A model generated the notes under the pieces. It searched no databases and was not told where the DNA came from. It worked only from the letters and a program-made list of their open reading frames with translations. The position numbers and the translations under genes were made by a program. A stretch of DNA of 63,979 nt, filler included, from Octopus bimaculoides (taxonomy: Eukaryota), in NCBI RefSeq assembly GCF_001194135.2. It is 6 parts of 6 records of this genome, joined end to end, with 100 filler letters (N's around TTAATTAATTAA, not from the genome) between each part and the next. Parts side by side here need not be neighbours in the genome. Positions count along the whole stretch, not along the records: positions 13,548 to 36,044 come from NC_068990.1; positions 36,145 to 45,692 come from NC_068983.1; 4 more parts are not named here. One strand, written 5' to 3'. This document shows, piece after piece, positions 23,705 through 37,080 of this stretch. Position 1 is the stretch's first letter, and each line of letters starts with the position of its first letter.

Positions 23705-25830
23705 ATAGTTTTGTGGGATATCTATTGACAATCTGCCAGACTTGTCCGTAGGGAGGCACACTAATTCCCTGTTCCTAATTCGCTGCTTCAGTTTTTGTAG
23801 GTCTTTGATAATAGATGAACTGAGTTGGTGGATCCCCTCCTCATTATGTCTTTTTAGTGTCATTTTTTTTTGTACCGGTCTAAGATGTCCAGATCATGCA
23901 ACAACACATCAGTAGCATGAGAGAAGTTGCACCACAAGAATATGAAAGAGTGGAAAAACTCCTCAATGCACACATGGGAATGTGGTGCAACATACTCCAA
24001 CCTAAGAAACGGACTGCACACAATTTCCAAATATCCAACAATGATGTTCCTGCACTATACAGGTTACGCAAAGACCATACACCCTACATAAACCCAGTTT
24101 GCGGAGCGAATATCTCCAGCAATTATAGACTGTCCTGCTTCCTCTCACAAGTATTACGACCTCTCATAGAAATGTCCCCAGATGTCTGTGTGAGCACGAA
24201 AGATCTTCTCAGTAAAATCAGTACTTACAACCACTCCAACGACCTCACAGGTTGTGTAGTGGATAGTATGGATGTGATTTCACTCTACTCAGCTATAGAC
24301 ATAGATTTTGTTGTGGAGAAATGCATTGAGATAATCTGTGAGAGTGAAGTAGAATTTCGTGAAGTTAACACGAGAGAATTGGGTCTCCTCCTTAGATTAA
24401 GCTATGACAGTAGATGCAGTAGATTCTGCCTCACCGAGTCAATGAAGGGAAGACCACCCACAATCACCTCAGCAGTGAAGAAAAGCACCGCAGAGTGCTG
24501 GAGTGGCTGGACTGTATCCACTCCAAACCCTGAGAACAACAATCAGATAAAATAAATGATTGTACATGCAATAGGGGCTAGCGTAAAAACCACCTTGAAG
24601 AACAAGAAACTATACATGTAGGTTCAAGTGTCGGTGTAACTGGAGATGTGGCCAGCATCTTCATGACCTTGGTGGGACAGAAAACTTAAGCAATCATTAG
24701 CAGAGTAGTCCACAACTCTTTTACTTTACAGTAGTTATATAGACGACATTAATATTCTAGTTAAAACCAACTCTAGTAACGGTAATGTAGAAATTGAGAG
24801 GAACATAATGGAGAGCATCTAGCAAGTAGCTAACTCCATCCACCAAAGTATCAAGGTAACAACAGATTACCCCACTAGGTACCTTGACACTAAACTGTGG
24901 TTAGAGACTGTGAGCAACAGAATACAACTCCTCCACTCCTATTACATGAAATTCATAGCTTCAAGATGTTTTACACAAGAACTCAGCTTTGTCACACAAC
25001 ATGAAAATCAACATACTGATAGCAGACTAAGTTAGGATAATGAATAACGTGTCCCCACAATGCAAACCCTATCAAACGAAGAAACATGTACAGAACTTCA
25101 TGCACTACATACAATTCTCTGGACATGATCAGAAAGTTAGGGTTCGAGTATACAGGGGTGCTAGAAAGAAGTTAGATAACATTATATGTAGTGAAACCAG
25201 TGGTACCTGCTCTAGATATAGAAGTAAAGACTGGAATACGATACAAAGAGCTTGTGACAAAGTAAACATAGTGAACACGTGATACAAAACTGACAAATAT
25301 GGAGTGATGTTTGTAGAGGTCACAGCTCATGGAGAACTAGCTCGTAGATTTAGGAAAGCTCTGTAGGAGACCAAACTCAACAACATTAAGATCGTTGAAA
25401 AGCCAGGGAACTCCAATAGATCACAAATATGTAGGACTTACCCCTTTGAGAATACCATATGCACTAATGATAACTGCATGGTATGTAGGGTTAACCCGGC
25501 GTTAACTGCAGGACTAGAAATGTAGTCTACAGCATAAGGTGCGTAGAAGTTGCTTGTAAAAACATGAACATGACATACATAGAAAAGACATCTAGGAGCA
25601 TTGCAGAAAGACTAAATGAACATTTGAGACAATATGATGACAAAAAACAGTCCTCCATATTCTACCAAATGCTAAGGAGCAACATGGAGGCAACCTGGGT
25701 CAACTTAACATCCGCATTTTATCCAAGCACCCAAAGGACCCAACCCTCAGGCAAATACAGGAGTACGTCCTCATAAATGAAATATCCCCAGTGCTAAATA
25801 GGAAATATATGTAGTAGGTAATCATACCCC
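23705..25830 (+). mobile_element. Penelope-like element (RT plus GIY-YIG), decayed, with inverted 5' segment 23705-23875
   Basis: PALYRLRKDH..PVCG, SMDVISLYSAI, SYIDDI-like segment (about 24735-24755), VVYSIRC...TYIEKTSRSIAERLNEH. Minus-strand piece LVCLPTDKSGRLSI..QNY. Confidence 0.85.
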
Positions 25831-25894
25831 CAACCCACAGTTTATATTTATATACAAGTAGAATAGTTAGTTGGCTGTTATGTAGATGTATGTA

Positions 25895-25936
<42 letters not shown>

Positions 25937-26879
25937 CGCGTGTGCGCGTGTGCGTATGTGTATGTATACTATATTTGCATACCTATGTTCACATTCATAT
26001 CGAGATGTATACATTTTATTATCGCTGGATACCAATAAAGAAACTCTATGTTGATTAATTTTAGACGAAAGGTGCTAAACAGATCCGACTGTTTCTTGCG
26101 ATTATGATTTTATGTTGAGAAAAAACAAGGTGATAATAGAAGACTTAACGTTTTATCAATAAGGAACTAACTGATACATCCTTTTCCTTTTTTACGTCCA
26201 ATGCTCTGCCAAGTATCCCTGGCCGAGTCATAAATTTGAGGTAATTTTGCTGACCTTTCTCCTACATCTACTCTCTTGCGTGCTTGTCTGTCATTTAATA
26301 CAACCGGCGCAGAATAGGAAAGTGCTCTGAATTAAGTTAGCCCTGAAATGTGAATACGAACGGAATAAAACAAGTTTCGCTTAAATGGGACCACGGATTC
26401 CCGAGATATGCGTTTTTTTTTGGCGGGTAGGGGTTGTTTCCACAAATTTAAGCAGTAAAACCTGGTGTCATTGCCCTTTACTGTGAACACCGGATAGTTT
26501 TGTTGGCATAACTACAGATGTGTACTCCCCACAGAATTTGTTGCCTCATAACTTCCAGAAAAATGGATACGTTTTAACAAAAATGTCAACATGTATCGCA
26601 TAGATGCTGTGGATTCAGGGTATATAGGGATTTATGGGAAATAATTTTTTCGAGAGATTTGGGAGAGGAGTTTCCGAACATTCACAGGATCCGACTTTTT
26701 CCCCTCATAACTTTCAAGAAAATGGATTTCTTTTAATGAAATTTTATACAAGTATCTTTCAAACTGCATAGATTACGATTATAAGTAAAGTTAATCGCCA
26801 CGTCAAAGTGGCGGTCCATGATACTACTAGTTTAACCCCAGGCAGATCTTCCGCCAGCTGGTTATCGGTGCGAGCGCTG

Positions 26880-28711
26880 CACCTTTTATATACAATATAT
26901 ATTGCTAGTAGGGGTGGGGGTGAACTCCTACCATCTTCAAAAGAATCAAATTTTATCGACAAAACAAGATATTCAAGACGGATGCAAAGACACTTTATAG
27001 GGAAATTGGCAAAGCAAGACAGAAGTAAAGGAGCCACTTAAGACTAAGGAAATGGAAGAGCACTGGAAGATGATATGGAGCAACAAAAAGAATATAATGC
27101 TGAAGCTCACTGGATAGAAGGTGTGAAAGCGAGACTGGATGAAGTTGAAAAACAGAAATGGGCGGCAGTAGGAGTAGAAGAGCTAAGATGTGTTCTTAGA
27201 AAGTTTCACAAATGGAAAACCCCAGGATTGGACCGCGTCCCTAACTCCTGGCTGAATTGTTTGACAGAAGTACACCAACAGTTTGCTGCATCCCTAACTG
27301 ATGTCATCCAGAACCCAGAGCAAATACTTGCCTGGCTGACCGAAGGAACAACATACCTTCTATCAAAAACTGAGGACACATAAATCAAAAGAACTACCGA
27401 CCAATAACATACTTCAAAACTACCTACAAGATCCTTACATCGATACTAACTGAAAGGATATATATTTTCCTTGAACAGAACTCTATTCTTCTACAAGCTC
27501 AAAAAGGTTGTAAAAGGAATTCTTATGCATGCAAAGATCAGTTACTTATAAATAAAATGATTGTGGAGAATTGCCGGGGTAACAAGAAGAACCTGAGTAT
27601 GGCATGGATAGACCACAGGAAAGCGTTTGATATCTCAAGGCCCTTGAGATATCTAAGATCTCTCCTATGGTCTCCCAATTCTTACAAGGTAGCATGGCGA
27701 AGGGGAATACACGTCTCCTTCTACACCATAGTAATGGGACGAGCCAATCTAACAACATCAACATCAAACGAGGCATCATTTAAGGTAACTACCTCTCTGC
27801 ATTACGTTTTTGCATGGCTCTGATTCCACTCTCAAACGAACTAAGTAACAAAAGGTATGGGTTCAAAATGTATAACATTATAGTAAACCATCTGTTTTAT
27901 ATGGACGATCCGAAGCTGTTTGCTAGAAATAACAAAGAGCTAGTAGGGCAGTTGACAACTGTTAAAGAATTCAGCAATGACATCGGGATGGATTTTGGCC
28001 TTGATAAGTGTGCTAAAGCAACTTTTGTAAGAGGTAAGCTCAAACAAACAGCTTCCATTAGATTAGATACTGACACTATCATCAAGGAGCTTGACCCACG
28101 AGAAAGCTATAAATACATGGGATAAACGAATGAGATGGTATACAACATGCTACTATGAAGGAAAAAATAAGGAAAGAATATTACAGGACTCATACTAAAA
28201 ACTGAACTCAACTCCAAAAATCGCACCGAAGTCATTAACACCCTGGCACTTCCAGTAGTCCAATACAGTTTTAACACCATTATCTGGAATCTTACAGAGT
28301 TCCAACGCCTGGACAGGTAAACAAGATAACTACTAACATCTAAGAACATGCACCACCCAAAAGTAGACGTTGATTGTCTACCCACCTAGAAGTAATGGGG
28401 GGAAGAGGAATGATTCAGGTAGAACTGTGCTATAAGACCTCCACAATAGCAATGAACAAGTGTACTTATCTAGTACAGAGGACTGGATGCTATGGCTTGT
28501 GTGAAAACATGAAAGCAGCAAAAAAATCATATTTCATTATCAAGGAAGTTTGCAAATTTGCAAGGGAACTCGGCATTAACCCTGAATTATATGAAGGACC
28601 TGAATCCACTGCCACTAAACAAGCAAAACGGATCAAACAGACTGCAAAAAAGAACGGGTAGAAACAAATTAAAGAGCGGTGGAGCCAGAAGCCTCTGCAT
28701 GGACAGTACTT
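26880..28711 (+). mobile_element. R4/Dong-like non-LTR retrotransposon RT remnant
   Basis: HKWKTPGLDRVPNSW, LTEGTTYLL, NYRPIT, AWIDHRKAFD, NHLFYMDD, DFGLDKCA, YKYMG, WSQKPLHGQY. Frameshifted. Confidence 0.75.
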
Positions 28712-30030
28712 ACTTCTCCAGGTACCGAGCCACAAACCCACTGATTTTTCCTGGTTAATCGTTGCTCTTGAAATCGCCTTGTAGTCCCTAAGAGCGGTGC
28801 CAATTATTTCTATGTGTTTATGATCCGATACCACTGCGGTGACGTCATTGGTATATGCTGACACTCATCTCCCACATCCTAGGTCATGCGGGATGTCTCT
28901 CAACGCCCCCAGTGTGTGTAGTAGTGGCATGAGAGTCAGTACATGCAAGAGAGACAAGAGGGGGAAACCTTGCCGGACCGAGCGCATGATGTTGAACGGC
29001 TCTGAGAGGTGACCGTTCCCTCTGACCACTGAACAGATGTCACTGTGCATTGCAGCGATCCAGCCCCTGAATACAGGCCCAAAACCAGCTGCCTTGAGGA
29101 CTGCCGTCAGGTATAGATGGTCGACCCTATCTAAAGCCAGGTTTTTTTGTCACGTTCTCAATGATGTATCGCATGAGGTGGAGGTTGTCGTGGATGGATT
29201 TTTTCAGGATGGCACATGTCTGTGCCTCCCCTACCAAATCCCTGACGACAAGCGCCAAACTAGTAGCCAACACCTTGGCCAAAATTTTGAACTCTGCCTT
29301 CAGCAGAGTTATGGGCGTAAAGTTGTCAATACAGTCCCCCTTGTTCAGATCTTTTCTCAGCAACGCCACCACTCCTCGGTTCACAAATGTAGAAATTCCC
29401 CCATTCTGTTGCCAGTTGCAGTAAACGTTTTCTAATAGGTCGCCGAACAAGTCTGGCATATAAACATAAAGCTCGTAAAGCAGACCTTCCAAACCAGGCG
29501 ATTTACCCCTCGCACAGCCAGCCATTGCCTCCCGTATTTCAAAGGCTATTATCGGCCTTTTGCAGCTCTCCGTCTCCGTCGCTGAGAGCCACGGTAGTCC
29601 GTCGAGGTAGAACGTGAAATCTATCCTGCGAACCGGCTCACTGCTGCTCCCGAACAGTTGAGCAAAGCGCCGCTGAAAGGCTGCACAGATATGTCTCGGA
29701 TCAGTTATCATTTGCCCGTCGTGGTCCGGCAAGGATCGGATCGTGGATTTATTACCACGACATGCCTCTGCCACTCGGGTCCATTGAATGGCTTCCGTCC
29801 ATTCGTGTCTAAGTGCTCATACCTTAGTTCTGACAACGCAACCTTCGTGTTTCACGTTGAAGAATTGGTCAAGTACGTCGCTGCGAGTACGTCGGTCGCG
29901 ATGCCTTTTCTAAAAGCCTCGTCTGGCTTTTTGACTAGCCCTGCCTCTACTCTGTTTCTTTCTGTTGCTAGTCCTTAGCTAAACCTTATCGATTCTATTC
30001 CTAATCGCCCTTTCAGGGCGAACCACCATT
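28712..30030 (-). mobile_element. L1/Tx1-like LINE copy 1 (truncated at both ends)
   Basis: KSPGLEGL.YELY, NFTPITLL...KILAKVLA, RSVRQGFPL, degenerate YADD (YTND). Confidence 0.85.
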
Positions 30031-30034
30031 TGTT

Positions 30035-33000
30035 GTTGGTTACTCCCCCTTGGCAACAAAGGTGGAACACAAAACAAACATGGACAATGAGAAACTAGGG
30101 ACACGTGGGGTTTAATACAAAGTCGAGTAAACAATAAAATAGCAATGACAATTAATAAATCAATTAAACAATAAAAATTTCCCTAAAGTGGGGAATTCCT
30201 CACAGGGACAACCGAGGAGACTCTCACATCCTGGTTATCCCGACCGCCAGGTGCACCTCAGCAGGCGCCTCTCTCCTCAACTCTTCCGGTTTACAAGTGA
30301 AAGTCCAGAGTAGGCCATTTAACATGAGCCATCCTCGCCACATTCACCCACCTTTCAACAAAAATACCGGGTTGAGGATGGCAGAACTTCTCTCTCTACG
30401 CTCACCTTCCTTCTCAAGTGGAACTTGAAAAGTCGAAGAGGGCTTGGCCGAAGAGGGGAGTATCTGTCTTCAGTCTTTTCAATATCGTCCAACACACTAC
30501 CTTCTTCGCCATAGCCACCAGACAGAGGAAAACTGCCTTTCCTTCTCGGCCAAAGGAAGGCGGTGAAGCGATCTTCACGATGGACTCGGCTGATAAGCAG
30601 ATGCGTCCTGCACACGTCAACAGCTGTTCGACAAAGCTCCACAAGTCAGTAATGCACGGACATTGGACGAGTGCATGCAGGACGGTTTCGTCGTTGCGTA
30701 CACCACGGACAGGTCTATCTGACAGCACTTGCATGTCTGTAGAGCTTGCCTCGAACCCGCAAAGCTCCCCGGTAGCACTGCCAGGCCAAGGATTTCTGGA
30801 AGTTATCCATAGGCCCTGGCTCGGTCCTCCGGAAAAGACAAGTTAATTGATCCCTCCCGACGCCCAGAGTTTCTCCGTGGACGTCGACGCTCTTTTCCGC
30901 CACTTATGCTCTATAAAATCCCACAGTGGAACTTCTACTCACTGCGTTATCCGACTGGCAGAAAGCTGTGAGCGCTTGCCGACACTCCAGATACCAAGCA
31001 TACTTTCTTGGTTTACGCTTGATCCAGGACTGTAGCTCCGTCAATGAGATGAGCTGTGGAAGATTCTGTGTGACAAACGGCGGCCACACCTGCTTACCGT
31101 TAAGAAAACGCTGGAAATGTCGAAGCCTCAGCGCATGCCTACACTTCATTAGCCACGGCATGACCAGTCCTCCACTCAGCGGCTGTTGACAACAGATAGA
31201 CTGTCTGACGAGCGGAACACGTCCTTTCCACAGAAGGAGGGAGAGCAAGCATTCCAGCTTGATCAGCCACGAAGCAGAGCAAGGAACGACGATCAGGCGA
31301 TAGTAAATGACGGAAGCGATTCCACCTCTGCCCGACCTTTCAGAGACAGCGTCTTCTCAACCTATTTCCGGGTGAGATTGGTTTCCCTGCTCGTCACCTA
31401 CCCCCAAGTTCTTGTCCACCTGGAGGTCCAGACTAAAGCAGACCCCGAGCAATTTAACCGGTTCTTCTGTCCAGTGTCCTATCACGCTGTCGGTTGGCAT
31501 GGACCTACCCCTCCAGGTACCGAGCTGCAGATCCACCGATTTGTCCTGATTAATCTTTGCCCCGTTACTGCTTCGTACTCCCTTAAGGTGAGGCCAATCA
31601 CTTCGAATTCTGAGCTCTTCGACACTATTACGGTGACGTCGTCTGCATAAGTCGACACGCACCTTCCATATCCTAGATCACGTGGGATGCCCCTCAAAAT
31701 ATCCAGCCTCCTTAGTAATGGCTCAAGAACCAGCATGTACAGAAGAGGAGAGAGTGTGCATCCTTGACGGACCAAACGAGCGATGCTAAACGATTCCGAT
31801 AGGTGTCTGTTTAGTTTGACCATCGAACAGATGTCGCTGTACATTGCAGCGACCCAGACTCTGAAAGCGGGACCGAAATCGGCCACTGCAAGAGCAGCTT
31901 CCAAGTATTGATGGTCGATCCTGTCAAAAGCTTTCGATTGATCCAAATCGATCAGAGCCGCACCCATGCCAGGTTTCTTCCCTACATTCTCTATGATGTA
32001 GCGAGTGATGTGGAAATTGTCGTGGATAGATCTGTTCGAGATAGCGCATGTCTGCGCGTTACCGACCAGCTTATCGACGACAAGCACCAATCTCTTGGCT
32101 AACACTTTGGCCAAAATCTTATAATTTGTGTTCAACAGAGTTCTGGACCTAAAATTATCTATTTGGTCTCCCTTGTTCGGGTCCTTTCTCAGAACCACCA
32201 CCACGTCACAACTCACACCACTGGGTATTCTCCTGTTCTGCTGCCAATTGTGGTAGACATCCGCCAAGAGATCACCGAACAAGTCTGGCATATGGAGATA
32301 AAGTTCGAAGGGCAAACCATCCAGCCCCAGAGACTTTTCTCTTGTGACATACATCATTGCGTCCCGTATGTCTTTGGCTGTTATCGGCATTTCGCAAGGC
32401 GAGGCATACTGTCGAGGTAGGAGTTGAAATCAACCTTTTTTCCCTACACATCGTGCACTCCGAATAGTTCGGCTAAGTGCCACTGAAATTCTGTATACAT
32501 CTGCTTGGATTCGTGTATCATGTACCCGTCCCGGCCCGTCAAAGACCGAATTGTGGCTTTGTTGCCACGCTGCACTTCTGCCGGCTGGGCCCATCGAATG
32601 GCTTTCGTCCCATCATATCTTAGCGCACGCGCCCTAGCTCAGACAACGCAACGTTCGTACTTGGTATTGAAGAACTGATCAAGAGCCAATCTCGCCGCCA
32701 GCATGTCAGTCAGTATGCGTCTCCTAAGCACCTCTTCTAGCTTCCTGACCTAGTCTCCCTCTATCCTAGATTCCTCTAAGGCTATTTCCTTACTAAATCC
32801 TGCTGCTTCTACTCTAATAACCCATTTCAGGGTTATCCACCAATGGTTGACGACTGCACCCGACAACTTCCAATGTTGCTAACTTGCTAACCCGGTTTCT
32901 GTGTGCTTAACGCGCCGGGAAAGACTCGTTCAGCTTCCAGTACCCGAGACCTTGCTTATGGATCCTATCTATTCCAGATTATATTTAGATAGGGTATTCT

Positions 33001-33323
33001 GTAGGTCAATAGATAGAAGTAGCACAGGTTGTCCACAGTTCAAAGTCGCCGGCTACACAGACCAAAAATTTGTGATCTGCGTGGTCAACCTAGATAGGAT
33101 CCATAGGCAAGGCCCCGGGTACTGGAAGCTGAACGAGTCTTTCCCGGCGCGTCAAGCACTCAGAAACCGGGTTAGCAAGTTAGTAACATCGGAAGTTGTC
33201 GGGTGCAGTTGGTGGATAACCCTGAAATGGGTTATTTGAGTAGAGGCGGCAGGATTTAGTAAGGAAATAGCCTTAGAGGAATCTAGGATAGAGGGAGACT
33301 TAGTCAGGAAGTTAGAAGAGGTG
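30035..33323 (-). mobile_element. L1/Tx1-like LINE copy 2 with 3' UTR and inverted, partly duplicated 5' segment (32972-33323)
   Basis: ORF 31482-32390 with DQSKAFDRIDH, VRQGCTLSPLLY, YADDV. CCHC-like C-terminus (ETVLHALVQCP). End-of-APE motif GPGYWKLN in both orientations. Confidence 0.85.
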
Positions 33324-33329
33324 TTGGTG

Positions 33330-35150
33330 GTGAGATTGACTCTTGATCAGTTCCACATTTTGCCAAGTATATTCAGTCAAGACAGATGTTGGCATTTATA
33401 CATTGTTGTTAAGCAGGTTATGGGTCTATAAGTTTTTGGTTCATTTGTTTCTTCATGTTTTGTAACTAGAAATGTTACACCATTAACTAGCCAAGAGGGA
33501 ATCATACTAGGTTGTTGCAAAACATTGCTGTTAAGTTTTGTTAGCAGTTCATGTCTCTCTGGGAAGGCATTCAACTAGAAGTTAGGAATTTTATCCCTTC
33601 CTGGAGACTTCCGTTTACTTGACCTCCCAGGAGCAGATCTTACATCCTCTACCTTGATACCCCACCCACATTTGTTCTTCTAAGGAGTCTAAGTCTGTAG
33701 ACATTCTATCAATCCAAGGGGCCTTATGTGTTTTTTCTTCTGCCCAAATTTTATTCCAAAATTCCTGCACTTCTTCTTTTGATGGGGCACAGTTTACTGT
33801 AACTGGTATTTTCCCTATCTTCCTGTAAATTTTTGGGTTATTTTTTAACATGTTGTTGTCCTTGAAGAATCTAACGCGCTTTTCATACCTTGCTATGCGG
33901 GCAGCACGTACATTTTGCTTGATAGCTTTTATGGTGGAATCGATGTCAAATACGGTTTTCATATTATATTTTTTCTTTAATTTTCGGTTTTTTGTTGGTT
34001 TGATAGTCTTGCCAAACTTAAGGTATTTTAAACATTCTATGTCAGACCTAAGTAGCTTAATTTGGTGTTGAATGCGCTCATGCCAAGTAGGCTTTTTGTG
34101 GGAATGTTGTCGTCTTGTAATCTTTCCACCACATAGGATTGTTGAGATTTTTGCGCATGCATAGTACAGATGGTTGAAATCTGTAATGTCAACTTCATTA
34201 GCTGAAATTATATCCTTAAGTGCAAGGCGGATTTTACCAATTACTTTCAGGTTTTGGTTAGAATTGCAAATTTTTGGGAGAGTGTCGCGTTCATTCATAC
34301 TGGTTTCTTTAATTTTCAGCCATTCAATCATGATTTGATTTTTTAGATCATGTAGTTCTGTTGGGTCGATTTCTGTGTGACTTTCTTCATCTTTTTGATT
34401 TTCATCTGACTTAGTGTTTATGGTTGGTTCAGAGAGTATTTCACTTTGCTTATCAGTTACGTTATTTCTTTAATAACGGAACTGATAAACACTGTCCTGT
34501 TTTCATTATTGCATTTTCATCAGACCTGGGTTGGTCTATAATCATTTGCTCTGTAGTATCTTCTTTAACTGCAACTTCGTTCCTTTTATCTTTTACTTAT
34601 TGTTTAATTTGGTCAATCTCTAATTCAGTTAGTAATTTCTTTTTCATAATGTTTCTTCTAACGCTGGCACGTTTATTACTGTCTGTGTAGGGTCTTACTT
34701 CAATGTGTTTCTGTCTCCAGTTTAAGTAGGTTTGTACAGTATTAGATTTATTTATGGGGAAATATATGGCATGATAGAAGGCCTTAAGAACCTCTTCTAG
34801 ACCATTTTTCATTCTTTTTCTTTTGGTTATTTGATGACAAGCATGGGTGGTCATCTGTTGGAATATTCCGGTTGTGGGGTACTCCCAGCTCCTGTGTTTC
34901 GGGAAGATTTGAACCAGTAGCTGATTTTTCGTATCGAATCTGGTTCATCATTCGAGTACTTTTGTAATCCGGTCAATGACCAATCTGCATTGTATTTTGC
35001 TTTGTTATCAGTGAGGCATGATGAGCTTGACGTTGACGTTAGGGGACGGATCTGTCTGTTTAGGGTTAATCTGTTGAGACAACACCGCTTCCGAGTCCTC
35101 TGCATGAAAACATTGCTCGTAACATAGCTTCTTAAGGCTAACAATCTATA
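33330..35150 (-). mobile_element. Second R4/Dong-like element, 5' half
   Basis: KRKRMK..KAFY N-terminal motif, PTWHERIQ..I..LRSDI, RIARYEKR, PSKEEVQEFWNKIW, NGVTFLV.K..TYRPITCL. Confidence 0.7.
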
Positions 35151-35727
35151 TTCGTCTGTATTTTTTTTTTTTTTGGTAGATTTATCTCCAGGCATAGTTT
35201 TTTGTGATGTTTTTAAACTGATGAATTGTTCACTCTGTCTGTGTTGGTTCGAAAAATAAAAAATTGTTTGTTTTTTTTTTTGCTTCGTTTGTGACACGTG
35301 TTTTCATATGCGTGTACGTGTGTCCTGCAACTTTCACGTAGTTATGTAAACATAGGGATGTATGTGTAGTCCAATGGGTATTAAAATGTATATATGATTG
35401 TGTAGACACTCGAGTGCATGCTTAATTATTCAATTTATGTACTTAATGTTTTGTTCCATTTATATTTTATAATTTGTAAACTTTCTGATGTTGATTTCGC
35501 GGATATGCTTCGCACATGTTTCACTGAGACATCGTGCATAGGAGAAACTGTACTTTGAAAGGCAGAAAAATTTCGTTTTTGCGATTAGTTTCGTTAAAAG
35601 GCCGCTTCCTTCCGGTCTTCCACAGCTTCCGTTATACCATTTCACCGATGTTATTAGATTAGATTTGTTCTTGAATGGAGAGCCCGGTGTAACACATCTA
35701 TGTTGTTATTTAGCGCGGAGTTCTCTC

Positions 35728-35729
35728 TC

Positions 35730-35766
<37 letters not shown>

Positions 35767-35800
35767 GATGATTATTATTATTATTATTATTATTATTATT
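35728..35800. repeat. (TAT)n microsatellite
   Basis: Direct. Confidence 0.95.
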
Positions 35801-36439
35801 TACTTTTAATCTGCATGTTTGTTATAATCACTTGCCGAGACACACCCAGTGTCTTAGGGTGAGTGGAGGATAAGAGATGTTACAGTATGAACAAAAGCTT
35901 GAGGAGGGGAAGTAGCAGAGTCAGTAGCGAAATATCTTCATGTAATACAATACTGACATTTAAACTGATAAGGGTTTTCTAAGGATGTGGGCAGTACCTG
36001 TCAGCAAAATCTTTTGGATTTCTCTGAGGCATGTTCTCCTGGGANNNNNNNNNNNNNNNNNNNNNNNNNNNNNNNNNNNNNNNNNNNNTTAATTAATTAA
36101 NNNNNNNNNNNNNNNNNNNNNNNNNNNNNNNNNNNNNNNNNNNNGGAAAAGAAAATGATGTAATCTTCATGCATATCTCAAGGATGTAAATACAAAAATT
36201 GAAACAGTATAAACGATAAATAGAAATCTATATGTGATAGACACTTCAAAAGAAAAAATGTATCTGTCATTCTAAAGTGCTCTTTACTCCTTTTCGAATA
36301 TACTGCAGTTTTCCAAAGGCTAGAATAATGTAGAATTTCTATTACGAATCTTTCTGCTATGAATCTGTAACCTAATGAAATAGAAAGCTGTCAACCTTTT
36401 AAATATATCGTCTTTCTATTATAATCACAACGCCTGAAA

Positions 36440-37042
36440 CTCATGGGAATGAGTTAGATTATATCGATCCAGAGTTCAACTGATACTTATTTTATCGACT
36501 ATGGAAAGATGAAAAGCAAAGTCGCCATCGGCGGAATTTGAACTCAAAATGTGAAGTTGGAAGAATACAACTATGCATTTTGTCTAGCGTGGTAACGATC
36601 CTGCCAACTCGCCTGCTTCCTTCTAATATATATTGAAACCACGTTGCTCTTCCAAATAACTGGGGCTTATAGTTTACACTAAACTATTCTCTTTCGCTAA
36701 AAGTATGACCAACCCAAGTGTTGGTTTCAATTCTAGAATTTTCTGCAAATCAAATTATGTAAATACATTTGTGATGCGGGTAGGTCTTGAAAACCTTGTT
36801 CACGAGTATATGATTTCATGGATGGTAGAGGATGTGTAAATTGCGTAAAACAATTTAATCTCCATGTTCAGTGAGACGTGATCAGTCAGCCAATTCGGAA
36901 GAATGTTTCGTGAATTCTCTACTATGGATTCAGATTAAAACACAGGTTCAGCCTCTTTCTTTCAATTACCTACCACATCAACACGACATTCCTTTATCGT
37001 CTCCCGGGGAAGTTAAGCTGTATATATAAATACACACACCCA

Positions 37043-37080
<38 letters not shown>

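Noticed and set aside
26172-26326. Possible minus-strand exon ALSYSAPVVLNDRQARKRVDVGERSAKLPQIYDSARDTWQSIG
   Set aside because: Plausible splice sites but no recognisable protein motif; short open frames like this arise by chance.
35214-35255. CTGATGA...GAAA near the Dong-like 5' region
   Set aside because: No stem II closing pair and no stem III or UH.
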